Part shown: piece by piece, positions 1 through 11,335 of the stretch
Position numbering within the stretch: position 1 is the stretch's first letter
Layout of the letters: each line of letters begins with the position of its first letter
NCBI GenBank assembly: GCA_002633005.1
Contig: NMRA01001239.1
Coordinates: forward strand, 1-36,722
Reading direction: 5' to 3'
DNA from: Phoronis australis
Lineage: Eukaryota; Animalia; Phoronida
DNA length: 36,722 nt
Notes under the pieces: model-generated
Databases searched by the model: none
What the model was told of the DNA's origin: nothing
The model's input: only the letters and a program-made list of their open reading frames with translations
Translations under genes and position numbers: made by a program

Positions 1-1215
1 AGTCTAAAGGATTCCGGTCATTTGCTATTTCCATCCAACACATGACCTGGTAGTACACTCGAGACAATGAAACCTGGTGTCTGATTCCGTTGGTGGAAGA
101 CATTTGGTATTAGCGAAAGACATAGCAGCAACAAGCTTCTTTGTGAATATGTTGTAATGCACTACAAACCAAAGAACACGTGCTCTCTATACCAGACATT
201 ACACCCATCGCTTGGCTGCCTTAAGTTTCTTTCAGCGAAGCTCACGCCTTTCGTGGTGATTGTATCTGCACTTGACTGGAGGTCTTGGTCATCTTTCACG
301 AGTTTCTGAGAGACTGAAGTCTTTCCCACGCCACATACACGAGAAGTTAAGTTGCATACTGTAAAGGACGGTAGAAATAGTAACTGGGTACAAAATTTAA
401 TCCTGAGTACACACTTCATGCAATTGATGTCGTATATTTTCAGATTGGAACTTGACTAGTAGCCAGATCTAAAAAAATGGCGGTTTCCTGTCATCCATTC
501 AGTAATGGAGCATAAGGATGAACAAGACAGTGTCCTTGCCGATTACTGTGGTGGAATGCATATTATACTGTTTACTTCTGTCTTTGCAATGTCCACATCA
601 GCGTCCCCTTCTGCCTCGACGGCTGTGCATCCCCCTTTCTGCAGCTGGTAACTTATTAAGGCGATCAATTGTTGCTTGTTACTGCCAGTGTGTAGGAATT
701 CATCTCAACCATCAAATTCCGTTTCTCCGGTGAGGTTCACAGTCGGATAGCTGTTCGTCTCTCTTCGTCTCTGTGTTATCCTTTATCGAAGGACCTCCAC
801 CATAACCATCAAAGACAACAATGGCAGCCTCATAGTGCTTTGCCGTGAAGTCAGTGTATGCTCCGACAATTTTCCATAGGTATATCTCTTCTTCCATTTG
901 AGCTTGTGCAGAAAAGATTCCCCCATCAAGCGCTTACCTTTCAGTCTGGAGACTACTGAAGGTGTGGAGTTTGGCGCTCATTCAAAAGCATGGGCCTTGG
1001 AACAGCGGTCATAAGCAGCTTGAGCCAGTTGAGGTCTGTCTCAAGATCAGGTTGTCCTCATAGAGCGTCTGTGGGTGTGGACTGAGCTGGAAACTCACAA
1101 CTTACCGGAATTCCACCAGGATGGCTGGAAGAGAATTAAGCGAGGATCGATGGCTCCATTAGGACCAACCTGAGCTGCAGCTGAATTTCCCACGGTCTTA
1201 GCATCCTTTCTTCTC
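1..1215 (-). pseudogene. Degenerate DNA-transposon transposase, AcademX-like (XPG/PIN-like nuclease region), with frameshifts and stops
   Basis: Minus-strand fragments in colinear order: IDPRLILFQ, VVFDGYGGGPSIKDNTETKR, AEGDADVDIAK, LLFLPSFTVCNLTSRVCGVGK (decayed H3TH-like motif), and LPPTESDTRFHC/RVYYQVMCW..NPLD. The family assignment comes from recalled motifs, not a search. Confidence 0.6.
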
Positions 1216-1784
1216 TTAAAAAAGAAAGAAAACAGGTTGTCGAACCATTCTCTCAATGATTTGCCCCCATTACCATTCAGACATTGCGCTTGGGTTGCGA
1301 ATTTGTTACAACAAGAATGTTGTTGTAAGTAATTGATCATGTTTTGTTGTGGATGTACCTTACGTACCTTTGATATTAAGAAGTAAACAAACCGTGGCCG
1401 TTGGCGACGGCCTTTCCAAAACCAGAATTTTCATTAGAAAACAATCGTTTTGATTAATTTTCATTTATTAAAGTCATTTTTGTGAATTAAGTAAAGTTGA
1501 GCATAACATTAAGTGTCACTGTCCTCAAGAAAGTCAGGTTCCCCTTCCACAGACCGTCAGGGCAAAGGTTGTATAGTAACAATGATTTGAATAATGTATT
1601 TGTATTTCTAAATAAAAATTCCCCTAACAAGTGACCATAGCATATATTGAAAAACCAAGATTTCCCTTGCCCAACGTTAATCAGGTGACCCCCAGGCCTA
1701 AACATCCGTGTATCGACCATTGTTTAAAGATGGCCAATTGCGGGTATCGTGTTTGCTTATCCCAACCCCTGTTGCGGAGGAACC

Positions 1785-2188
1785 CAGTGACGGATTTGGA
1801 GGGGAGCCAAGACCCCCCTAAAATTCTCTTAGATTCCATTTGGCAGTTCGTGGGTGCGAAAGTCCGACTGGCAAATTCCTGTGTAACACATGGGAGCTCG
1901 GGGGGCTCATTCGAGCCCTCTCCCCTATTTGACAGAAGGGGCAAAAAGGTCCTTCTTAGAGAAACAAAAAGTCCGAGGAAACGAGAGAAAAGTCCACAGG
2001 AATTCGTCGCGAATGCATAATGCACGGGGTTGAACCTATAGTACCCCGCTTTTTAGTACTTGTCTTCTCGTTCCAGTAAATGATCCACATGTCCGCGAAA
2101 TTCGAGCCCCCTCTATATTTTAGGCTGGGTGAGCGCATGTGATCCTTTGCCTTGGTCCCCCTAAATAAAAATTCTGGATCCGCCCCTG
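1785..2188 (-). mobile_element. Non-autonomous TIR element (MITE), AGGGGCGGATCC-type ends
   Basis: Ends CAGTGACGGATTT...GGATCCGCCCCTG. The internal AAAATTCTCTTAGATTCCATTTGGCAGTTCG is an inverted match to 13670-13710 and 32430-32470. Confidence 0.65.
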
Positions 2189-3689
2189 TAACCGTTGAAT
2201 AATGACGCGACGGGTTTTCACGGGCGTGAGGTCACATTAAATTTAGACACTGTGAAAAAACTAGCCGGAATCATTTTTCCACTCGGTTTCGATGGAAAAT
2301 TTTGTACTTTAAGTATAGGTCGGATGCGCAATTCTGTCGCACAGGTTTGATATTTTGGTTCCTATGCACTTTCCATTTTTTGTGCAAGTTTTGAGTCACA
2401 AAACAAAGAGCTCGTAATCAAGCAGTGCAAATCCACAAATTTCCCAATATCAACTTAAAAATAAGTACAGATTTTACAGGGATATGTTTGTTTTAATACA
2501 ACAGAAGAAATCTGATTTTGGAATACTTATTGAGAAATGAATTTTTAAAGCAGTATATATTTCATCAGAGAATAAATTATTCACTTAGATGTACTGATTT
2601 TAATGGCTGGCGAGAAGGTTCTAGGATGTGATTTTTCAGAACAGGTAAAAATACATATGGTTGTCATTGATACCAAATATTTATTTAAGTACAATTAACA
2701 AAAAGCATCGTCATTGGATAGCAGCATATTCTGGTCAACAATTATCTTTTAATTGATCTGATATGATATCAATCACCAAGACTGATGTGGAAACACCGCA
2801 TAATCACTCCGCTTAAACTATGGTGGCGGAACATAAAAAATAGTGGCAGCAACTCTAAACTTATGGCCGAACCAAAAAACCCATGACTCAAAGGCAGGAC
2901 CAAAAAACTTAACTCTTTGGCTGCAAGCATATCACTGAGAGCCCCCATTTTTCTGACTGATTCCGTAGGGCTCCCAGTGTTTTCCGCCATTTTTGTCCTG
3001 TGTAACACTCTCCAATATGGCATCATATTGACAACGCGAGCTGTGTGTATCTTGAGAGGCGCGTGCCCGGTCTATGCGATGCCTATGCTTGTATCATTCA
3101 CCATGAAAATGGTCAGAATATTGTAATACGAACTGTAGGTTTTCGCCCGCAACCAACGCTCTGCATTCGATCACTTTATTGGACTCTATGAGATGACATT
3201 TGTAAGATAATGTCCACAGATGTCACTGACACCACTGCAGTAATGCACATAATGACTGATTAAATGCTCTCACAGTGCTAACAGTTGCAATGTTGTTAGT
3301 TGCAATATTCACGTATCTGCAGAGCACAATTTTGCATTGACCCATGGTGTATGGTTCTGCAGTGTTGGTTTTGGAGGAAGCAGTTGGAATCTTTGATGGT
3401 TTGAATCAACCCCAAAGCCAAATGTTTGTTCCGAGCAAAAACGGTCTTTGTCGAATTTCTTAACAAAAATCGTCAGATTCACTGTTTTTAAAACACATTC
3501 TTGTATGAACGATAAACTTTTTCATCCCATACTATTTGGAATTATCTGCCTCTAAATTATTATATACTCACATGTTCTAAATGAAGCCGGCACTCGGCTT
3601 CTTGGAACTGTAATGAGGTGACGTGCTTTTCCGTGCGAGAGAAAAACGATGAAGAGTAAAAACGTTTGAAAATAAAAAATTCTTTGATA

Positions 3690-4378
3690 AAACAGATATT
3701 CAAAATTTTTAAAACAAATGTAAAAATGCGTACTGGACAGCTTGATTTCTGCTTCAGTTGCAGTGAACCACCGAATAGTCGTTTTTTGCGTTGTATGCAA
3801 CTTTAACACGTCTGTTGTGAGAATAAAGGTTCCCAATACTTGACCAAGTGTGTTTAAGCCTTGTAGAATCGCGAAATGTTCATACTGATAAACGGTAGCG
3901 GAATAACGAAGGTGTGGCTTGAGCATAATAACACTGTGAACGCAGTGGATAAAGTGGGGTTCAAGTAGTTGTGTGGCAGAATTGAAATAAAAAGGACATG
4001 TAGATCTTATTTTCAATGAACCCTGTGTTTACGCTCATTTCGGCTAGACGTCCAACATTTAGTTTCTCACCTTATAATCAAGTTCTTACATTTTATAATA
4101 GCGCGATACCGGTACTGTTGTTAGTGAACGAGTATTGTGAAGTCTTGATTATTGCAGTCTATCAAAATATACTGTCACTGTTCACCTGTATTCAAAATCC
4201 TGACGAACGTAAATTAAGCTGCCAAGTGAACGGTTTGATTTCTGCTTCAGTGGTAGAAAACAAATTTAAAGAGTCCGTTGTTCACATTCTATGCCACTCT
4301 TACACGCCTGTTGTAAGAGTATAGACTCCCAAAACTTCGCTTATTGTGCGCATGCCTAATTCTAGAATAGCGGAATTT
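3690..4378. repeat. Diverged direct repeat, ~3690-3880 and ~4190-4378
   Basis: Shared TTGATTTCTGCTTCAGT, CTGTTGT.AGA.TA, TCCCAA.ACTT and TAGAAT.GCG.AAT in the same order. Confidence 0.55.
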
Positions 4379-4479
4379 TTCTTAATGAAAAACACATATT
4401 TGAAAGAAAATCATACCACCCGACATACATGTATATATTACTCAAAAACTTGTACTAAGATTTCATAATATCATAATAA

Positions 4480-5860
4480 AATCTCTTCAGCAGGCTTCTA
4501 GGACTGCATCAAGGGGTGGTTCGAATTTCTAAAACAGTGGACCTTTGATATTTTGCCAACTTCAATACTAAAGAATTTTCGATTAGGCATTTGACGCAGC
4601 TTAATTAGAAAGAAGGGAAATATGTATCCACAACGATGACTCTCAGCTCTATGCCCTGAGATAAAAAAGATTTTTACCACAAGAGATCAGTTTGCTGTTA
4701 TGATTGCTTGCAGAGAATTGGACTCATGTCCGGAAAAGGACTTTATCGTATTACCTACTGCCAAATTTCAAATCCGGCATTCTTAATCGGGTGATGACAC
4801 CTCATTACATACTCGTACAGAGATACATGTATGAAGTTTAGTCTGAGAATGACTTTACAAAATTGTTCATCTGGTTGTATTTTTGCATGTCACTGAAATT
4901 GCTTACATAACAGGAAATGGAACACCTCACCTACACCTGTATTTCGAAGGTTTACTGTTTTAAAGTTTTACTAATCCAAAGGTTCCCTGCTCCGAAAGTA
5001 TTTAAACTGTCCAACTCAAATGTTACTTTTATACTTTTATACGAAAAATACTTCGGTTATTAGATGCACTGAGTGGTGTAGGCCTACATACATGTATACC
5101 AAAACAAATCCCGGGTACTAAAACACATTGTTTGGATTTCATGTGCATGTGACATTGCCTTTTTGTCTTTTAAATACCGTACTTGCATTTTTAAAAGATT
5201 ATGGAGTAGGAATATTGATGAATTATCAACCACGATACGTCCAGTACTTCTATGTCAAGGGTTATGGCAACGCAAGTGAAAAGTTTAGGGCCGTTGCGCC
5301 TCAGTCTCACGGCCAGGTAGAAACTAAATGTAGTTGGTAGACCATCCTGTCCCTGGAAGTCTTCACGACGTCCGGGGTCTCATTCATTAAATTTAAAATT
5401 GCCGTTGGTCGCCTCATTCCTGACCCGTGCCCCAGATGCACCTGCGTGAGAATGAGACTTTAGTGCTGAGCCTACTTTTAAACAATGTCATCAATGTTTT
5501 AAGAACTATTAAACTCTTGCACACCCTTCAAATACGGTTACAAAATGGACAAAAGTCATCATTTTGTTCACGTCAGTTCCGACTCATTAGTAGAAAAGCA
5601 GAGTGAAGAACTGTCGGAGTTTTGGTTTTCAAAATTGTGTAACTTCGAAGTAGTGAACGTTTGAAGTTAGCAAACCTTCAAAGTAGTCATACATAACCTT
5701 CTATTCTAAGTTTAAGTGAACCTTCGACGTGAAAACGCGCGACGGGTATCCCTAGTGCGAGAAAATACGGTAGCTGAATGGCTGGTTTTTGAGCCCGACA
5801 GAAGACTGCCTGTAGTGAACTTCTCCGTTAGCATGTACTGAATTTAAAAGAACAGTTCCA
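4480..5860 (+). repeat. Long interspersed repeat family A, copy 1
   Basis: Colinear inverted matches to 25790-27900 (GGTGGTTCGAATTT..GGACCTTTGATATTTT; GGAATATTGATGAATTATCAAC; TGACCCGTGCCCC; CTCTTGCACAC) and direct matches to 13760-14300. Confidence 0.7.
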
Positions 5861-8154
5861 GGTCGCATGAAATTGTCCCAATCAGGGTCTCAACCAAGTT
5901 CCCTAAGTCTTTTGTCTGTTTGCATCTTCGTTTACTCACAGATGTAATCTTGTTTTGTCGTTTCATCTTTATTTTAGTCTCATCTTTGACTAGAGCCATT
6001 TTCTAATAATATGACTAAAAAGTGAGCCCTAAATTCATTGCAATTCATTAGGGACTTAGTCCTCAAGTTAAGAGCACTACATAAAAAGATCCCAATATAT
6101 TTTCGATAATAGTGAGAATTCAACATCGAGTTCACTCTCTATTTGAAGCAAAGCCAAAACTCGACTTAGCAATGAGACTCAAAAGCATAAAAAAGGACAA
6201 TCAATGTTTTCACAAGTCCACAAAGACCCACGACCCCCTCGACCCAAGTCTCACATTCCCCTCAATTCAGTTTACACAAGCTCGACTATATCTGAATATA
6301 GAATAAGCACTGACTTGAAAGACCTACGAGCAGGCCCGTGACCTCGGCTGGCTTTTACGTTTTTTGCATTTAAGAGAGTCCATTTGGCTAGATAAAAAAA
6401 CAACGCGACCAAATCAAATCAAAGACGTACGATCGTGAAACATGTCATTCCGGGCATAATGTACATGTACATGTACATGTATAATCCTCACGTCTGCCCT
6501 TCAGTGAATTACAGATTCAAGCTTTTTGGGAGAGTGCAGGAAAAGACGAATACATCATTTCTTCAGTAAATACAGTTTGAAAAACAAAGCGTTAACTCAA
6601 AGGTATTTCAACATTATGCGAGTGTATTGTAAAACAGAATACACTCATACACGTACAGTATTTTAGCCAAAAACTAGTGTGATTAGATTTTTTTACTTTC
6701 AGAGAATATAAGTTTCATTCACTTAAACAATGTAGTTTTGTAGTGGATACTTCCATAAATTCTCATACTAATAAACAAAGTTCTAACAATTCATTTGTTA
6801 CCCATACTGTTGGTTTTAATGCTGTGTCACTGATGCGTGATCGAGTTATAAAACGATCCCAAAATCTCTTCAGAACAGCCCTTTCAACTATTTCACTGAA
6901 CGAATTTGTCAAAAAGCACCCATTTTTTTAGAACATGACTGACTCGTTAAGCATTAATTAGGATATAATTTAAGTTTCAAAAAATGTCATGTAGGTTGAA
7001 AATGCTGTCTTTATTGCAATTTTTTTTATTTTGGTTACAATAGCGCGCAACATATAGTTATAACAGTGATGTCATATTAATTAATTTGCAATTAAAAATT
7101 GTAAAACAGTAGCATACACTCTAAACATTTCATGATAATTTGAATTGTGATATTCAGCATTAATATCCTCTATTAAAGCCATCCACACAGTGAGCGCCAT
7201 TACTCAGTAGCTCGTATCCCAAAACAGTTGTTTCGTAGAAGAATATATTTGCTTGGTGCCTGTGATCATGTGAACCTCCGTAACAAAAAATAAAAATACA
7301 AATTTGAAAAGCATTGGAGATGACTGCTTTTGACCTTTTTGAGATTTGGCTAATACACAATATTCATTCATGATTTCACTTTCACAATCAGAGAATGAAA
7401 ACGTTACTTTGTTCCAAACTATGATCTTTATCCCCATGGGAAATTTTGAAACGGTTTAAAATGATCAAAGTTAAATTAATGAACTATTTCATCAATTTCC
7501 GTCTTTCATGGTCAGTTACATTGTTGATCTTTCATGTGACGATTATTTATTGGGCCATGTGCTTTTTAAAGTTGATGCCTTTGCCAAATATTTAAGTCCT
7601 TCAAATTGTCAACCTACAGTCCTACCAGTTGCCAAAAACTCCCTTGTGCTCTAGTCAGAATCGATATGCATAACAATTTCTTTATTGTTTTGTGCCCAGT
7701 GCAAGTCAGAGATGGCCGTTGTGCAGAGAATAGCGACTTGTGTTGCTTTACACTCAGTAAAATCCTAAGTAATGCATAACATTATGGGTCTTATAGTCGA
7801 GACAAATGTAGGCAACCACATTGCTGAAATCATCAATGTTTTGTAGAACTTCTAAAATTCATTTCACATCGTTTTTTACACTATGATGTTAACGTCAACG
7901 TACTTGCTAGCAGAAATTATGAGATATGATGTCAGTATCTCATCATTTGCAAAGCATATAACTAATTATGGAGATCGCCCACATATCCATGTTTGCTCCA
8001 TACATGATACACATCGTCACATTATTCCTCACAGAGTATAAACAGCTGTTTTGTTTAGTGACAGCTTTGCAAATCAATATTGGAAAACACCTCCCAGTTG
8101 CTTCAATTCTGCATTTGTCTTCAGCGCATTGATTGTATTTCTTTTATTCATTAG

Positions 8155-8253
8155 GATGGCGAGTCCCCTCTCCACTATGCTTCACGTTCGTGCAACATTG
8201 AGACAGCCAAGTTGCTTTTAGCGAATGGAGCCGAGGTGTCTGTGCGTAATAAG
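8155..8253 (+). CDS. Exon: one ankyrin repeat
   Basis: 99-nt phase-0 exon (ttag|GAT...AAG|gtat) encoding DGESPLHYASRSCNIETAKLLLANGAEVSVRNK, a canonical 33-aa ANK repeat. Confidence 0.9.
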
Positions 8254-11200
8254 GTATACATACATGTGTATCACAAACAATTTGAAATGATTTTACCTTG
8301 TAAGACCAGAAAAAGCATCTGAAGGTAATACGTTACATTTAGGCAACAAAATGGGTGTATTTACGAGTAGTCTGTGGTTTAGGTTGTGAATTTCAAAGTA
8401 CGGTGTCCCATTAGTTCGTGCAAGATATCGAATGACATCAACTTTTAACAAGATGATTGCTGCTAAGTTTCATTAGTGTATAAAGTGTTTTATTACCCTA
8501 CCTGACTTACGGCATGATAGACAAGATGTCAAATTTCCCCCTGAGTCTGCTTGAGGTAGGTTTCTGGATCACAAAGCATTCAGGAAGTTCCCCACTGGTT
8601 AATCATTGTTCATGTTGATACATTGATATTTCCATATGCTATTGAGAATAGAGTATATTTCAACAGAAATGTGCAAGAAAATTTTTTTAAAACTTGTGAG
8701 GATCACAAAAGTATTGTTTGCGGAACGGTTCCGCATGCGAAACGGTTCCGCAACTGTCACTTTTAATAATTAATTATAGTTAGGGTACAAATTCTGATAC
8801 TTTTATGTTGAATGCTTGTTCCACATTAAGATTTGAATATTTCATGGCTTGTGTTAAGGTTCTACCAAAAGCGGTAAAATGTCAGACAACATGTCTATTT
8901 TCCCCGAGTCTGCTTGAGGTAGGTTTCTGCATCACAAACCATTCAGCAAGTTCCCCACTGATTAATCATTGCTCATGTTGACACATTGATATTTCCACAT
9001 GCTATTGAGAATACAGTATATTTCAACTGAAATGTGCAAGAAAATTTTTTTAAAACTTGTGAGGATCACAAAAGTATTGTTTGCGGAACGGTTCCGCAAC
9101 TATCACATTTATTAATTAATAATCGTTAGGGTACAAATTCTGATACTTTTATGTTTAATGCTTGTTTCACTTTAAGATTTGAATATTTCATGGCTTGTGT
9201 TAAGGTTCTGCCAAAAGCGGTAAAATGGCATAGACAAGATGTCAATTTTTCGCGAGTCTGCTTGAGGTAGGTTTCTGCATCACAAACCATTCAGCAAGTT
9301 CCCCACTGATCAATCATTGTTCATGTTGACACATTGATATTTCCATATGCTATGGAGAATAGAGTATATTTCAACTGAAATGTGCAAGAAAAAATTTTTA
9401 AAACTAGTGAGGATCACAAAAGTATTGTTTGCGGAACGGTTCCGCATGCGGAACGGTTCCGCAACTGTCACTTTTAATAATTAATTATGGTTGGGGTATA
9501 AATTCTGATACTTTTATGTTTAATGCTTGTTGCACGTTAAGATTCGAATATTTCGTGGCTTGTGTTAAGGTTCTACCAAAAGCGGTAAAATGTTTGCGGA
9601 ACGGTTCCGCATGCGGAATGGTTCTGCAACTGTCACATTGATCAAGTAAGTATTATTAGGATTGTCACATTGATACTTTCAAGTGGTATTGATTATGAAA
9701 TGCATTTTAACTTTATTGGTCATGAGAATTTAAAAAATTATGTTCTCCAAAAAACTATTCTGTTTGCGGAACCGTTCCGCATGTGGAACCCTTCTGCAAC
9801 CGTCACATTGATTAATATATTATTGAGAGTGGGCACATTATACTCTCAAGTACTATTGAGAATGGAATGTAATTCATGTTTATTGGGCCGGGAGAAAATT
9901 AAAAATTTTAGTCCTGTGCTAAACTTTTCTGTTTGTGGAACCCTTCTGGAACTTTCACATTGATTTTTAAAAGTAAATTATTATTTTGATTATTATTCCG
10001 CAAAATATACACAATATTTCTCAAGTCACAGTATTCCATAAAACTTGTGCAGTGCGTAATATTCCGCAAAATCTGCGTAATATTCCGCAAAATCTGCGTA
10101 ATATTCCGCAGTCAGTGCGTAATATTCCGCACTCAGTGCGGAATATTCCGCAAGGCAAAAATTGAACTTCTAATTAAGAAAATGCTAATTGAGGAAATAA
10201 AAATGTAACATTGTAAACATGTTTAGGGTAAGGTATAGATTTGTTACATACCATTTTTTATGGCCCTAAGTGGATATTAAAAAAGTGCGGAACCGTTCCG
10301 CACACTTTGAGACTAAATAATATTGTCTCATTTGAGAAAATATCGCCTTNATTTTACCTTGTAAGACCAGAAAAAGCATCTGAAGGTAATACGTTACATT
10401 TAGGCAACAAAATGGGTGTATTTACGAGTAGTCTGTGGTTTAGATTGTGAATTTCAAAGTACAGTGTCCCATTAGTTCATGCAAGATATCGAATGACATT
10501 AACTTTTAACAAGATGATTGCTGCTCAGTTTCATTAGCGTATAAAGTGTTTTGTTACCCTACCTGACTTACGGCCGTGTTGCTGACAGGCATACGTCAGT
10601 GTTAAACACGTGTAATCTTTCTTATTGTGGTAAGTGTGGCTAATGCACATCAAATTATTTAAAATGTCTTGCAGGCCGGGGAAAGTGCTGATCGTGTTTG
10701 TGGACGTGATCCCCGATATGAGATTAAAGTGTTTGCTAGGAAACCTAACGAGGAAAGCATCAAGAAGATGAAGACTTACTTAAAGGTGAAATGTCAAATA
10801 CATCTAACGGTGTTGAGTGATGGATGTGTAACTCCTTCACTAAACAAAAGAACTTGTTTGCTTTTATTTACATGTCTGTAAACATTGGCGCACACTGATG
10901 GTCTTACATTGCAAACAGAATCATATCTTTTCTCAGTGTTACTCATTCATTTGTATGTAACGTGAAGGTGATACATATTTCTCAAGTACACGTAGTGCCA
11001 GATTGACGTATCTCGATTCCCCCAAGTTACAAATAGCCAGGGGCCCAGTAATCTGACCTGCCCCAATGTGCACAACTTTTCGCTCCATTTCCACACAATA
11101 AAGTACTTCTGAATCGTCACATTTTTGGAACATCTACAGATACATTGAAATTAGAAGGATTTTTATAATGGCGTGGAATCAACATATTGTTGTGAGACCA

Positions 11201-11300
11201 TTTCTCATTAAATCGAATAAACGGAAGGAAAGAAAAGAGAATTGGAAGTACGAAGCATATTGCATCAAAAATGTGAAATTTCAGAAAGTACTGCAACGCG

Positions 11301-11335
<35 letters not shown>

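Noticed and set aside
6515-6603. Possible upstream exon (acag|AT...AAG|gtat, SSFLGECRKRRIHHFFSKYSLKNKALTQK), phase-compatible with 8155
   Set aside because: No recognisable domain or independent support; it remains possible but is not called.
7160-7240. Minus-strand ELLSNGAHCVD resembling an ankyrin fragment
   Set aside because: Wrong strand, no TPLH-like motif, and no 99-nt exon structure.
8290-10574. 224-bp direct repeats as the LTRs of a TRIM/LARD element
   Set aside because: No TG..CA ends, PBS or PPT, and the second copy begins exactly at an N gap.
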